A model generated the notes under the pieces. It searched no databases and was not told the origin of the DNA. It saw only the letters and a program-made list of their open reading frames with translations. Shown here in pieces: positions 51,805-62,485 of a stretch of 64,000 bases of DNA (its first letter is position 1; every line of letters begins with the position of its first letter). The stretch is taken from assembly GCA_965243135.1 (NCBI GenBank), contig OZ251539.1, forward strand, positions 3,360,001-3,424,000, in the 5' to 3' direction. Source of the stretch: Alphaproteobacteria bacterium. Lineage in GTDB: Bacteria > Pseudomonadota > Alphaproteobacteria > MPNO01 > UBA830. Both the position numbers and the translations under genes were made by a program.

Positions 51805-52743
51805 TCAGCCTCTCTGGATTCCCTTGTAGAGAAGCGCCTCGCCCATGCCCTCGGCGAGGCACCATTCGGCGAAGTTCTCGGGCGTCGATTCCCAAACTCC
51901 GGGCTTCCATTCGTCGTCGACGACGTCGGAATCGAAATCGTATTCGGCCGCGCCGCCGCACGGGTTCTTGAAGTACCAGAAGTAGCAGGACGAGATCGGA
52001 TGGCGGCCCGGACCGATCATGGTTTCCCAGCCGCGGCGGGTCATGTTGTTCCCGCCGCCGAAGAGTTCGTGGATGGTGCCCAACTCGAAAGCCGCGTGAT
52101 GAAATCCCTGCCCTCCATCTCCGGACGCGAGCAAAAACAGGTTATGGTGATGATGGGCGCCGGCGCACCGCATGAAGTAGCCGCGACCCGGATAGAGATC
52201 CGTCAACCTGAAGCCCAGCCTTTCGGCATAGAACTCCTTGTGGGTCTCGATATCGTCGGTGGTGTAGACGATATGGGAAATTTCCATAGGCGAAGCCCGT
52301 TCGGAGACCGCGGCGCGCTTGTTGACGCGGCTCGCGCGGCCCGGGACGTTGACTTCCTGTTCGGGAGCGGTCACGGGCGAGGTTCGCGAGACCCGGAACG
52401 CGACGCCGAACCCCTGCGGGTCGACGGCATGAACGGTTCCTTCGCCGTCCTCGCGCACGTCGCGATCCTGCGCGAGGTTCGCCGCCAGTTCCGCGAGATC
52501 CCCTTCGGACGCCACGCCGAAAGTCGCTTCGCGCATCGTCGCATTCGCGTCGCCGCCCGCGGGCGGCGGCAGTTCGGGATCGTCCGCCGGCCGCAATTCG
52601 ACGACCGCGCCGTTCAACGCCGCGAAAGCGGGATGGCCGTTACCGGATTCGACGGAAGTCAAACCGAAATCCTTCCAGAACCGCGCCGCCGCGTCCGGAT
52701 CGCTCACGCCGTAAGTCAGCTTGTCGATGCCCGTATGGATCAT
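51805..52743 (-). CDS. VOC family protein (extradiol dioxygenase-like)
   Basis: SHIVY, HHNLFL, HHAAFE, GPGRHPISSCYFWYFKNPCGGAAEY. Confidence 0.85.
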   Translation of the reverse strand: MIHTGIDKLTYGVSDPDAAARFWKDFGLTSVESGNGHPAFAALNGAVVELRPADDPELPPPAGGDANATMREATFGVASEGDLAELAANLAQDRDVREDGEGTVHAVDPQGFGVAFRVSRTSPVTAPEQEVNVPGRASRVNKRAAVSERASPMEISHIVYTTDDIETHKEFYAERLGFRLTDLYPGRGYFMRCAGAHHHHNLFLLASGDGGQGFHHAAFELGTIHELFGGGNNMTRRGWETMIGPGRHPISSCYFWYFKNPCGGAAEYDFDSDVVDDEWKPGVWESTPENFAEWCLAEGMGEALLYKGIQRG

Positions 52744-52874
52744 CCTGGTTCCCTTTCTCCGCGAAACCTAAACCGGAACGCCCGCATTGTCATCAACCGG
52801 ACGCACGCAGACGCGCAGGGAACGGCCCGTTCCCGCTGAACGGCGCCGGGGCCGCGACGGACAGGGCGTCCCGG

Positions 52875-54638
52875 CTATCGCAGTTCCCGGCGCGCGGAGG
52901 TCATTTCGCCGAACGGATCGGCCCCCTTCAACCGTTCGAGTGCCGCGGGGTCTTCTTTCAGATAACGGTCGAAAACCGCTCTCGCATACCAGTCGCGAAC
53001 GACGTAGGGCATGAAGACCGATCCGGCATCGTCGGTTTCGACCCAGTCCATCCGGTCGTACGGCGCGCCGGAAAAATTCCGCTCCCGGATCTCGTCGCCG
53101 ACCGCCTTGCGCCGCCCGGAGGGGGACAGGGCGAACGGCAAGGCGCCCTTCCGGAATTCCGGCCACGGGAACATCCGGGCGAAGTTGTTGACGAGCCGGC
53201 CGTGATCGACGTCCCGAACGATGACGAGAACGCGGTCGGAGGTCTGTCTCCGGTAAGCGCTGAGAGCGACCGGCTGGGGGTTGGCCCGGCGGTCCGGCAC
53301 GGCGCGCTCCGCTTCCAGCGGAAAGGCGGCTTTCGGATCGCCGCCGGCCGCGGGCAACATTCCCTGGAACAGGTTTTGGAACACCCATTGCACGAAACCG
53401 TCCTCGTCTCCGATCATTTGCACGGTCGGCTTCCGGCTGCCCTCGGGCAACCCTTCCGGAGTCCGCCCGCCGCCGAAGAATTCCTCGGGCGTCCACGTGA
53501 AGGGCGGGCCGTTGTTGAAGCCGAGCGCCACGGAAACTCCGGGAATGTGGTTCGCGCCCATCTGCGAAGTCATCGAGCCCAGCGAATGTCCGGAAAGCCC
53601 GACCGCGTCGGCCACCCGTCCGGACAGGAGGCCGCACAGTTCCCGCGCCGCCGAGGCGGCGCCCATCGAATTCAGCCCGGCCCTGCAGTCGGCCTCGTCC
53701 GAACCGAGCAGCTTCAGCGTGTGGATCACCAGGCCCACGTCCGCCACGCGCTGGCGAAAGAGATTCTGCATCATCGTGGTGGTGCGGCGGACGCCGCCCG
53801 GGACCGCCTTCGCGGACGCGGGGTCGGGACCGTCGAACATGAATCCGAAAAAGTTCGGGATGACCTTCCGCTCGCCCATGACGAGCCGGTACGCCTCCTG
53901 CACTTCGTCCTTCGAAGTTTGGCGGGCGAAAACGGAATCGGGATCGTGGAACACCAACGGGACGCCGCTGTCGGAGATGAAACTCGGCGCGGCGACGACG
54001 TAACCGTGCGAAGCCAGGAATTCGCCGAGGAAGTTCCACATTCCGTAATTGCCGCCGAGCCCGTGCGACAGGATCACCGCGGGGAACCGGCCGGCCGCCG
54101 GCGGGGCTTCGAGATACGCTCCGCGGGCCGCGGCGAAATAGCGCTCTCCGATTTTCTTCAGGGCCTCTTGCCGGGCCGGTTCGGACAACTTGTCGAGCTT
54201 GCCGCCGTCCTTGAAATGCAGGCGCGCGTAGGTGCTGGGAAACAGTTCGGCGGAGGACAGGACCTGGACGGCGTATTCGCCGAAGAAAAAGTCCCCCATG
54301 TTCGCGCGTCTGCCGGACGCCGCCGGCCAGGGAGACCGCGGCCCGGCCAGCCTGCTTCCCGAACGGTTCGCTTCTGCCGGGTACCACAAGTGAAAGATCA
54401 CCGTGCGCGGCTGCCCGGCGGCCTCCACCTTGCGCAGCATCGCCCGGTATTCGGGGCTTGCATAAGCCGTGTTCCACGGGTCGAAGCGCTGACGGTTATC
54501 GACCGCGAAGCCGATCTTCGCGCCCACGGCGTAATCGCCGTAACCGGCGCTGGAAGGAAGCGGCGCGGCTTCGCCGGCGGCCAGAGCGCCCGAAACGGTG
54601 AACGCCGCGAACAGCGTTCCGACTTTGCCTATGGTCAT
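52875..54638 (-). CDS. exported alpha/beta hydrolase (PAF-acetylhydrolase/dienelactone hydrolase-like)
   Basis: GGAGG then ATG at 54638; signal peptide; WYPA, FPAVILSHGLGG, LASHGYVV, GHSLG nucleophile elbow. Confidence 0.82.
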   Translation of the reverse strand: MTIGKVGTLFAAFTVSGALAAGEAAPLPSSAGYGDYAVGAKIGFAVDNRQRFDPWNTAYASPEYRAMLRKVEAAGQPRTVIFHLWYPAEANRSGSRLAGPRSPWPAASGRRANMGDFFFGEYAVQVLSSAELFPSTYARLHFKDGGKLDKLSEPARQEALKKIGERYFAAARGAYLEAPPAAGRFPAVILSHGLGGNYGMWNFLGEFLASHGYVVAAPSFISDSGVPLVFHDPDSVFARQTSKDEVQEAYRLVMGERKVIPNFFGFMFDGPDPASAKAVPGGVRRTTTMMQNLFRQRVADVGLVIHTLKLLGSDEADCRAGLNSMGAASAARELCGLLSGRVADAVGLSGHSLGSMTSQMGANHIPGVSVALGFNNGPPFTWTPEEFFGGGRTPEGLPEGSRKPTVQMIGDEDGFVQWVFQNLFQGMLPAAGGDPKAAFPLEAERAVPDRRANPQPVALSAYRRQTSDRVLVIVRDVDHGRLVNNFARMFPWPEFRKGALPFALSPSGRRKAVGDEIRERNFSGAPYDRMDWVETDDAGSVFMPYVVRDWYARAVFDRYLKEDPAALERLKGADPFGEMTSARRELR

Positions 54639-55454
54639 GTCCCCCTCCTTGAAGCCGAATGGATCTCGCCTTGCGCGCTCGTTCCAGAAAACCACCATCG
54701 GCCATGGAAGGCAACAGCGCGTCTTCGGGAACGCGTCGGAATCTTTCGTCGACCCGATATTCGTCGACAGCGCTTTCAGGTTGGAAGCGGGATATGCAAA
54801 ACACAATGCGTGAACGACCTTGCGCATGCTGCGTTGCGTTCGAGTCAACTTGCCCTGCGCATCAGGAGCTGAACTCCGCAAATCCGACTTCACTCCCGGA
54901 TTACGCGGTTTCTTTCGTGACTTGCGGGTTTTCGGCCCGGCTTCGTCATGGCGACAGTTTCCTTTGCGCAGGGTTCCGGGCGCCTTGCGCCGAAGCGGCG
55001 GCGGTTTCGCCAGCGCGGGAAGCGGGCGGTCCGGCTGGCTCCGGGCCTTTTTCGGCGCGACCGCTTGGTCCCGGCGACGGTGCGAGACTCCGGAAACTTC
55101 CTGAACGACCACGCAAACGTTCGGCCCAACGCCCGAAACGAACCTCCCCCGGTTCATCCTTGTCGGCCTCTTGAGGTTGCGGTCAACGATCTCTGCGGGA
55201 CGGCGCCGACGCGCTGACCGGCATCGTTAAATCGGGCGCACCGAAATCCCGGCATCCGCTGACGCCTGCGGCCCGGTTTCGCCGTTGCGGGCGGCCGCAT
55301 GCGAGCCGAAGGCGGCTGGGGCCGGGCTGTCGCCGCTCGACCGCTACTCGTCTTGCCGGTCGTCCGACGCACGGGCTGCGCTTGGACTCCGAACGCGGTT
55401 ACCGCTGAATGCGGCCGCGTCCCGGCGGCCGGAAGGAGAGCCCGGCAGCGATTC

Positions 55455-55488
55455 GCAAAATTTTGCTAAAATGTTACCTGTCTGGTAA
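55455..55488. promoter_or_regulatory. palindromes upstream of higB (putative TA operator)
   Basis: GCAAAATTTTGC (55455-55466) and TTACC-N5-GGTAA (55474-55488). Confidence 0.45.
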
Positions 55489-55502
55489 TGAATTCAATGA
55501 CG

Positions 55503-55838
55503 ATGAACATCACGTTCCGAATCCGCAAGCTTGAGAGGGTCTTCAATTCCGCAGATAACCTCAAGCGCGCCTATGGCAGGCAAAGGGCCAAGACCATCGA
55601 GAGACGCATGGCGGTGCTGAAGGCCGCCCCCGCTCTCGCTTCGGTGCCGACGCGCCCGCCGGAGCGGAGGCACATGCTTCAAGGGAAGCGGCATGAGCAA
55701 TTCGCGGTCGATCTCGATCAACCGTATCGGCTTGTTTTTCGCCCCGATCAAGATCCATTGCCGCGTAAAGACGACGGAGGGCTCGATGTCGAAAAAGTGA
55801 CGACCGTCAAGATCGTCGAAGTCATCGACTACCACTGA
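55503..55838 (+). CDS. higB: HigB/RelE-like toxin (plasmid maintenance killer family)
   Basis: MNITF...HMLQGKR..QFAVDL..PYRLVF...IVEVIDYH. Confidence 0.88.
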   Translation: MNITFRIRKLERVFNSADNLKRAYGRQRAKTIERRMAVLKAAPALASVPTRPPERRHMLQGKRHEQFAVDLDQPYRLVFRPDQDPLPRKDDGGLDVEKVTTVKIVEVIDYH

Positions 55839-55853
55839 CCGAGGAGAGAAAAA

Positions 55854-56933
55854 ATGATTGCGGCAAACCAGCATTTCGCGCCTGACTACGCCGTGGCCCC
55901 CGGGGAGGTGCTCGAAGAACATCTGGCCGCGCGCGGTCTTTCCCAGACCAGATTCGCCAAGCTATGCGGTCGCTCGTCCAAATTGATCAACGAGATCGTC
56001 TCCGGAAAAGCGCCCGTCGAACCGGAGACAGCCCTTGAGTTCGAAAGGGTCCTGGATCTCGACGCCCGAATTTGGCTGGGCATCGAATCGGAGTACCGGC
56101 TTCGTCTCGCTCGCCGAGCCGAGGCAGAGGAGACTGCGGCCGCTGTCGAGTGGAAGAACGAATTTCCGCTCCGCGAAATGAAAAAGCGCGGTTATTTGAA
56201 GAAATCTGCGTCGGACGCCGAGGTCGCGACAGAACTGCTTTCCTTCTTCGGAGTCGGCTCCATCGAAGCGTGGAGGACGAAGTATGCCGAATCGGCGGTA
56301 GCCTATCGCCACTCGCCGAGTTTCGGGAGCGACCGGGCCGCTCTGGCAGCATGGCTGCGTCTCGGGGAGCGGCATGCCGAAGGCCTGAATTGCGCGAATT
56401 ACGACCGCCAAAAGTTCATGAAGGCGACGCAACGGATTCGCCGCCTTACCCGAAAGCCCGTGAACGAGGCTCTGGCCGACGCGCAACGACTTTGCAGCGC
56501 TGCGGGAGTTGCGCTTGCTCTGATCAAGCCGCTTTCCGGAGCGGCTGTCAGCGGCGCCGCTTGGTGGCTGTCGCCCCGAAAAGCGGTGATCCAGCTCAGC
56601 ATGCGCCACAAGACGGACGACCATCTCTGGTTCAGTTTTTTCCACGAGGCCGCGCATGTTCTGCTCCACAGCAAGAGAAACACCTTCGTCGACGGCATGA
56701 AGGATCAGGCGGACGAAATCGAAGCGGAGGCCAACGAATGGGCCGGTGACAAGCTTGTCGCGCGGCGCGAATGGAAACGATTCGTCGAGACGCTACCGGC
56801 GGACGAAGACGCGGTTCGCGCCTTCGCCGAACGGCAGGAAATCGCTCCGGGCATCGTCGTCGGCAGGCTCCAGCACGAGCGACGTCTGCCATGGTCGCGT
56901 CTGAACCATTTGAAGGTCAGGCTCGAAGGGTGA
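55854..56933 (+). CDS. higA: HigA HTH antitoxin fused to an ImmA/IrrE-like metallopeptidase domain
   Basis: PGEVLEEHL...INEIVSGK HTH; WFSFFHEAAH (HExxH); EAEANEWA. Confidence 0.9.
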   Translation: MIAANQHFAPDYAVAPGEVLEEHLAARGLSQTRFAKLCGRSSKLINEIVSGKAPVEPETALEFERVLDLDARIWLGIESEYRLRLARRAEAEETAAAVEWKNEFPLREMKKRGYLKKSASDAEVATELLSFFGVGSIEAWRTKYAESAVAYRHSPSFGSDRAALAAWLRLGERHAEGLNCANYDRQKFMKATQRIRRLTRKPVNEALADAQRLCSAAGVALALIKPLSGAAVSGAAWWLSPRKAVIQLSMRHKTDDHLWFSFFHEAAHVLLHSKRNTFVDGMKDQADEIEAEANEWAGDKLVARREWKRFVETLPADEDAVRAFAERQEIAPGIVVGRLQHERRLPWSRLNHLKVRLEG

Positions 56934-57084
56934 CGCGCCTCCGGCGCCGACAGGCTCGGTCGGCGCAGAACGCCTCGCGCGCCGCGCCGGTAGGCGAACG
57001 CGGCGGCCGCGAGCCGCGAACTTCCTCCGCCCGCGCCGCTCATGGTAGGCTTCGACGGGAATATGGAAACCGGGAGAGAGTCGG

Positions 57085-57699
57085 ATGGCCGATTTTCCGA
57101 TCGTTCCTTCGAACATGGCGCTGATCAACGTCGACATGCAGAACTGCTTCGTCGAGAACTCGCCCGTCGCCGCGCCGGGCGGCCTCGAGGTCCTGGAAAG
57201 AATCAATCGCCTGATCGCCGCCTGCCGGGACGCCGGAGTTCTCGTCGTGCACACCGCGCACGTCGTGCGCCCCGACGGCAGCAATATCGGCGTGATGGGC
57301 GAAATCGTTCCGCCGGTGAACGACGGCGTGATCGACAAGGGCGCGCAAAGCGCCGAACTGCATGGCGGCCTCGACGTCGCGGACGGCGACATTCTTCTCG
57401 ACAAGCCGCGCTTCGGATCGTTTCACGGCACCGACCTCGAACTGATCCTGCGCGCCCGCGGCATCGACACCATCGTCGTCACCGGCATCTGCACCAACAT
57501 CTGCTGCGAAACCACGGCGCGCGAGGCGAACGTCCGCGATTTCCGGGTCTTCTTTCTCACCGACGGCACGGCGACGTTCGGCATCGGCGACTTGACGGCG
57601 GAAGACATCCAGGCGGCGACCTGCGCCACCCTCGGCTTCGCGTTCGCGCAGCTCGCCACCGTCGACGAGATGATCGCCGGACTGCGGCGGTCCGGCTGA
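57085..57699 (+). CDS. isochorismatase family cysteine hydrolase
   Basis: [27 protein letters not shown]. Confidence 0.92.
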   Translation: MADFPIVPSNMALINVDMQNCFVENSPVAAPGGLEVLERINRLIAACRDAGVLVVHTAHVVRPDGSNIGVMGEIVPPVNDGVIDKGAQSAELHGGLDVADGDILLDKPRFGSFHGTDLELILRARGIDTIVVTGICTNICCETTAREANVRDFRVFFLTDGTATFGIGDLTAEDIQAATCATLGFAFAQLATVDEMIAGLRRSG

Positions 57700-57728
57700 G
57701 CGGCGCCGCGCCGCGAGCGCGGTCTCCG

Positions 57729-58601
57729 TCAGACCGGCTGGCGCACCAGCTTTTCGTAATCTTCGAGCAATGTCCGGCTGATCGAACCGACCTGCATGTG
57801 ATATTCGTCGATCCGGCCGACCGGCGTCACTTCCGCCGCGGTTCCGGTGACGAAAACCTCGTCCGCGGACGTCAACTCTTCCGGCATGATCGCCCGCTCG
57901 ACGACCTCTATGTCGCGCTTCCTGGCCAGCCCGATCACGGTTTGACGCGTGATTCCGTCCAGAAAGCAGTCGGGCAACGGAGTGTGAATCTTCCCTTCCC
58001 GGACGAGGAAGATGTTCGCTCCGGTCGTTTCGGCGACCCGTCCGCGCCAGTCCAGCATGAGTGCGTCGTCGAATCCTTCGGCTTCCGCGGCGTGCTTGCT
58101 CAGGGTGCAGATCATGTAGAGCCCCGACGCCTTGGCGTGAACGGGCGCCGTGTCGGGCGCCGGGCGGCGCCATTGCGAGGTCTTCAGCTTGATTCCGCGC
58201 GTCCGCGCGTCGGGCGAAAAATAGGACGGCCACTCCCAGACCGCGATCGCCACGTGGATTTTCGTATCCTGCGCCGAAACGCCCATCATCTCGCTTCCGC
58301 GCCAGGCGACCGGACGCACGTAGGCGTCCGCGTAACCCTGCGCCGCCACCGTTTCGCGAGTCGCCCGCTCAAGCTCGTCGAGGGAATACGGCAGTTCGAT
58401 TCCCAAGGCCGCCGCGGATTCGATCAGGCGTTGCGTGTGCTCCCGAAGCTTGAAGACCTCGCCGCCGTAAACGCGCTCTCCCTCGAACACGCAACTGCCG
58501 TAATGAAGGCCGTGCGACAGGACGTGCAACTGGGAATCCCGCCAAGGCACCAGTTCCCCATCGTACCAGATATGCCCGTCCCGGTCGTCGAAGTTCGCCA
58601 T
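57729..58601 (-). CDS. ilvE: branched-chain amino acid aminotransferase
   Basis: HGLHYG..VFEG, AKASGLY, ETTGANIF, LDGITR, GTAAEVTP. Confidence 0.95.
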   Translation of the reverse strand: MANFDDRDGHIWYDGELVPWRDSQLHVLSHGLHYGSCVFEGERVYGGEVFKLREHTQRLIESAAALGIELPYSLDELERATRETVAAQGYADAYVRPVAWRGSEMMGVSAQDTKIHVAIAVWEWPSYFSPDARTRGIKLKTSQWRRPAPDTAPVHAKASGLYMICTLSKHAAEAEGFDDALMLDWRGRVAETTGANIFLVREGKIHTPLPDCFLDGITRQTVIGLARKRDIEVVERAIMPEELTSADEVFVTGTAAEVTPVGRIDEYHMQVGSISRTLLEDYEKLVRQPV

Positions 58602-58665
58602 CGTTTTCACGCTCCGTCCGCATGTCGTATTGCATAACCAATCGTTGGAACTAATATACGACAAC

Positions 58666-59133
58666 ATGACTGACGTAAAGTCCGGTATCAATCCGCTCTA
58701 CCTGCGCGAAGAGGATCTTCGCCAGGGAATGGAACTGCTTTATTTCGCCTATCGCGACTTCACGACGGAACCGGACGCCATCCTCGGCAAATACGGGTTC
58801 GGACGGGCGCACCACCGCGTGATCTACTTCGTCGGCCGCAATCCGCAGATCACCGTTTCCGAGCTCCTGTCGATTCTCCGGATCACCAAGCAAAGCCTGT
58901 CGCGGGTGCTCGGCCAGCTCGTGCGCGACGGATTCGTCGTGCAACGCAAGGGGGAGAGCGACCGGCGCCAACGGCTTCTGGAACTCACGCCGAAGGGCGT
59001 CGAACTCGAAAGACGCCTCTCGGAGAGCCAGCGCAAGAGAATCGCGGACGCCTACCGCGAGGCCGGCGCGGAGGCCGTCGAGGGATTTCGGCGGGTGCTG
59101 AGCGGCATGATCGGCGACGCTCGCCACAAGTAA
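58666..59133 (+). CDS. MarR family regulator, PetP-like
   Basis: ELLYFAYRDFT, GRAHHR, ITKQSLSRVL, DRRQRLL. Confidence 0.9.
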   Translation: MTDVKSGINPLYLREEDLRQGMELLYFAYRDFTTEPDAILGKYGFGRAHHRVIYFVGRNPQITVSELLSILRITKQSLSRVLGQLVRDGFVVQRKGESDRRQRLLELTPKGVELERRLSESQRKRIADAYREAGAEAVEGFRRVLSGMIGDARHK

Positions 59134-59256
59134 CGACCCGGGCCCTCGGCGCGTCCTGCGGCCGCCGACCCGGCTTCGCGGCGTTTCGCGAGGACGCCGC
59201 GGGACGGACCGCAGGCGAATCGCCGCAAACGCGGCTTGGAGGAGTCCTCCGCGGCT

Positions 59257-60039
59257 TCAGCGCTCCGCGAAATGACCGAGCGGGCCATGCCCGGCGCCAA
59301 GTCCGGGCGCGCGGCGAATCGCCTCGACCACATAGGCCTGCGCCCGGCCGACCGCCGCCGGCAGCTTCATGCCCTGGGCGATCCCGGTCGCGACGGCCGA
59401 CGCGAGCGTGCAGCCGGTGCCGTGCGTATGCGCGGTCTCGATGCGCGCGGTCTCGAAAACGTGGATGGACCCGTCGTCGAGCAGCACGTCGAACAGCCGG
59501 TCCCCGTCCATATGCCCTCCCTTTACGAGCACCGCGCCGGGGCCGGCGTCCGCGAGCGCGTACGCGGCTTCCTCCATCTCTTCCCTGGAAGCGATGCGCC
59601 GTCCCAGCAGGGTTTCCGCTTCCGGAACGTTCGGGGTGACGATGGCGGCCAGCGGCAACAAGCGCTCCCGCAGGGCGCCGACCGCATCGGAATCGAGAAG
59701 CGGCGCGCCTCCTTTCGCGACCATCACCGGATCGGCGACAAGGGGAATCTTCGCCGCCGAGGCGACGTCGCATACGGCTTCGATCACTTCGGCGTTGTGG
59801 AGCATGCCCGTTTTCAGGCAATCGGCGCCTATGTCGTCGAGCACCGCATCCATCTGCTTCCGGATGAAGGCCGGCTCGACGCCGAGCACGCCGTGGACCC
59901 CGAGCGTGTTCTGCGCCGTAAGCGCCGTCACCGCCGTCGCGGCGTACCCTCCCAGCCCCGTTACCGTCTTGATGTCCGCCTGAATGCCGGCCCCGCCGCC
60001 GGAATCGGAACCGGCGACGACCAGAACCCGCCCCTTCAT
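59257..60039 (-). CDS. thiD: hydroxymethylpyrimidine/phosphomethylpyrimidine kinase
   Basis: [32 protein letters not shown]. Confidence 0.96.
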   Translation of the reverse strand: MKGRVLVVAGSDSGGGAGIQADIKTVTGLGGYAATAVTALTAQNTLGVHGVLGVEPAFIRKQMDAVLDDIGADCLKTGMLHNAEVIEAVCDVASAAKIPLVADPVMVAKGGAPLLDSDAVGALRERLLPLAAIVTPNVPEAETLLGRRIASREEMEEAAYALADAGPGAVLVKGGHMDGDRLFDVLLDDGSIHVFETARIETAHTHGTGCTLASAVATGIAQGMKLPAAVGRAQAYVVEAIRRAPGLGAGHGPLGHFAER

Positions 60040-61394
60040 GCCGAACGTTCCCCGGCGGCATGTTCGATCGCGTCGACGATCTCGCCGACGACGGCGGCGA
60101 TCAGAGCGGAATCCTCTCCCTCCGCCATTACCCGGAGAACGGGTTCCGTCCCCGACTTTCGGACCAGAAGCCGCCCCTCCGCGCCGAGCCGGTCCTCTCC
60201 GTTCCTGATCGCCCTGACTATTCCGTCGTCCGTCAGGGACGGAGGCCGGGCGACCCTCACGTTTTCGAGGATTTGCGGGAGCGGATCGAATCGATGCCCG
60301 ATTTCGCTGAGCTTTCGCCCCGATCCGACCATCATCGAAAGCAGCTGCAGCGCGGCGACGAGGCCGTCGCCCGTCGTCGCGTAGTCGCCCAGCACGATAT
60401 GCCCCGACTGTTCGCCCCCGACGTTGAGGCCGTGCGCCCGCATGTGCTCCGCGACGTAGCGGTCGCCGACCGGCGCCCGGACGAGCCTGAGGCCGAGGCC
60501 GTTCAGATAGCGCTCGAGCCCGAGATTGGACAGAACCGTCGTCACGACTCCGTCGCCCTTCAACCGGCCCGTCCCGAGCCACAAATCGGCGATCGCCGCC
60601 ATCAACTGGTCGCCGTCGAGCAGCGCGCCGGTCTCGTCCGCGACGAGGACCCGGTCGGCGTCGCCGTCGAGGGCGATGCCGAGATCGGCGCCGTGCTCGA
60701 CCACCAGCCGGCGCATGGAGTCCGTGTTGGTGCTGCCGCAGTCCTGGTTGATGTTGAACCCGTCGGGCGCGGCGCCGCAGGTTACGATCTCCGCCCCGAG
60801 TTCCCACAGGGTAGCCGGCGCGACCTTGTAGGCGGCACCGTGCGCGCAATCGATCACCACCTTCAGACCGTCGAGTCTCTGTCCTCGCGGAAAGGTGCTC
60901 TTCACGAACTCGATGTAGCGGCCCTCGGCGTCGTCGAGGCGGCGGGCGCGGCCGAGCTCCGCGGGCGCCGCCAGCTCTTCGGTGATGTCCGAGTCGATCA
61001 GGGTCTCTATCTTCTCCTCCGTCCGATCGGACAGCTTGTAGCCGTCCGGCCCGAACAGCTTGATGCCGTTGTCCTGATAAGGATTGTGGGAAGCGGAAAT
61101 CATGACGCCGAGATCCGCTCGCAGATTGCGGGTCAGCATAGCGACCGCCGGCGTCGGCATCGGCCCCGCCAGAATGACGTCCATTCCCATGGCGATGAAG
61201 CCGGCCGTGAGCGCCGGCTCCAGCAGGTAGCCGGAGAGTCGGGTGTCCTTGCCGATCACCACCGAGTGACGATGCGCCCCGCGGGTGAAGATGCGGCCGG
61301 CCGCCATGCCCGTCCGTAACGCTGTCGCGGCCGTCATGGGTTCGGTGTTCGCGAGGCCGCGAAGGCCGTCGGTGCCAAAAAGCCTTCGCGCCAT
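60036..61394 (-). CDS. glmM: phosphoglucosamine mutase
   Basis: FGTDG, ISASHNP, DGDADR, GEQSGH, SGTEP. Confidence 0.97.
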   Translation of the reverse strand: MARRLFGTDGLRGLANTEPMTAATALRTGMAAGRIFTRGAHRHSVVIGKDTRLSGYLLEPALTAGFIAMGMDVILAGPMPTPAVAMLTRNLRADLGVMISASHNPYQDNGIKLFGPDGYKLSDRTEEKIETLIDSDITEELAAPAELGRARRLDDAEGRYIEFVKSTFPRGQRLDGLKVVIDCAHGAAYKVAPATLWELGAEIVTCGAAPDGFNINQDCGSTNTDSMRRLVVEHGADLGIALDGDADRVLVADETGALLDGDQLMAAIADLWLGTGRLKGDGVVTTVLSNLGLERYLNGLGLRLVRAPVGDRYVAEHMRAHGLNVGGEQSGHIVLGDYATTGDGLVAALQLLSMMVGSGRKLSEIGHRFDPLPQILENVRVARPPSLTDDGIVRAIRNGEDRLGAEGRLLVRKSGTEPVLRVMAEGEDSALIAAVVGEIVDAIEHAAGERSA

Positions 61395-61429
61395 TTTGCG
61401 CTCGTTCTCCACGCGACAGAGAACGGCGA

Positions 61430-62485
61430 TTATAGCAGGTCGGCTCCGGAGGTCATCGCCCGCCAGATCGCGATCGCTTGGCGGATCTCGCCGACGTCGT
61501 GCACCCGATGCAGCTGCACGCCGCGCGAAAGCGCGATCGCCGTCGCCATTATCGTGCCCGGAACCCGGTCGCGCGGATTCGCCGCGCCGGCGACGCGTCC
61601 GATGAAGCTCTTGCGCGACGCGCCGATCATTACGGCGCAGCCTAGGCCGTGGAACGACCCGGCGCGATCGAGGAGTTCCACGTTGTGATCGTCCGACTTG
61701 CCGAATCCGATCCCGGGGTCCACGGCGATGCGGTCGCGCTCGATGCCGGCCGCAAGGCAGGCCGCGACGCGCCGTTCCAGCCAGCGGAAAATGTCGAAGG
61801 AAGCCAGACGGTATGCCGGCGCCAACTGCATCGTCCGGGGATCGCCCTGCATATGCATGAGAATCACCGACGCCCGAGAGGCGGCGACCGTCTCGAGCGA
61901 CTCGGGATCGCCCGTCAGCGCCGACACGTCGTTGACGATCGCCGCGCCGGCGGCCAAGGCCTGCCGCATGACCTCCGCTCGACGGGTATCGACCGAAACC
62001 GGTACGCCGCTCACCGCTTCGATCACCGGCAAGACGCGGCGCAATTCCTGGGAGACGGAGACCGGCTCCGCGCCCGGACGGGTCGATTCGCCCCCTATGT
62101 CGACGATATCGGCCCCCGCTTCGACAAGTTCGTGAGCCCGGTCGATCGCGCGCGGCGGATCGCCGTCGCCTCCGGAAAAGCTGTCGGGCGTCGCGTTCAC
62201 CACCGCGACGATCCTGGGACGGTCGATCTCGACCCCGGCGAACGGCATTCTCTCGCCCGAGAGCAACGCCATGCGCCGCGAAAAACGCCGGGATGCTTCG
62301 GCGAGATCGATCAGGCGGAACGCCGGCTTCGCCGCCGCTCTGATCTCCTCGACGGTCGAAAACGCGACCCGACCGCCCGCGAGACTCGCCGCGCCGCCGT
62401 CGGCCAGCGCCGCCGCCGCCGCCGCGCCGGTCAGAAATCCCGCCGGATTGAGAACCGCTCTCCGGGCCGCGGCGCCGGGAGGCAT
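61430..62485 (-). CDS. folP: dihydropteroate synthase
   Basis: [35 protein letters not shown]. Confidence 0.96.
   Translation of the reverse strand: MPPGAAARRAVLNPAGFLTGAAAAAALADGGAASLAGGRVAFSTVEEIRAAAKPAFRLIDLAEASRRFSRRMALLSGERMPFAGVEIDRPRIVAVVNATPDSFSGGDGDPPRAIDRAHELVEAGADIVDIGGESTRPGAEPVSVSQELRRVLPVIEAVSGVPVSVDTRRAEVMRQALAAGAAIVNDVSALTGDPESLETVAASRASVILMHMQGDPRTMQLAPAYRLASFDIFRWLERRVAACLAAGIERDRIAVDPGIGFGKSDDHNVELLDRAGSFHGLGCAVMIGASRKSFIGRVAGAANPRDRVPGTIMATAIALSRGVQLHRVHDVGEIRQAIAIWRAMTSGADLL

Noticed and set aside
58666-59250. PetP-like regulator without the usual downstream response regulator
   Set aside because: Simple synteny variation; no relic visible.
62200-62485. N-terminal extension on FolP
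   Set aside because: Common in alphaproteobacterial FolP proteins.
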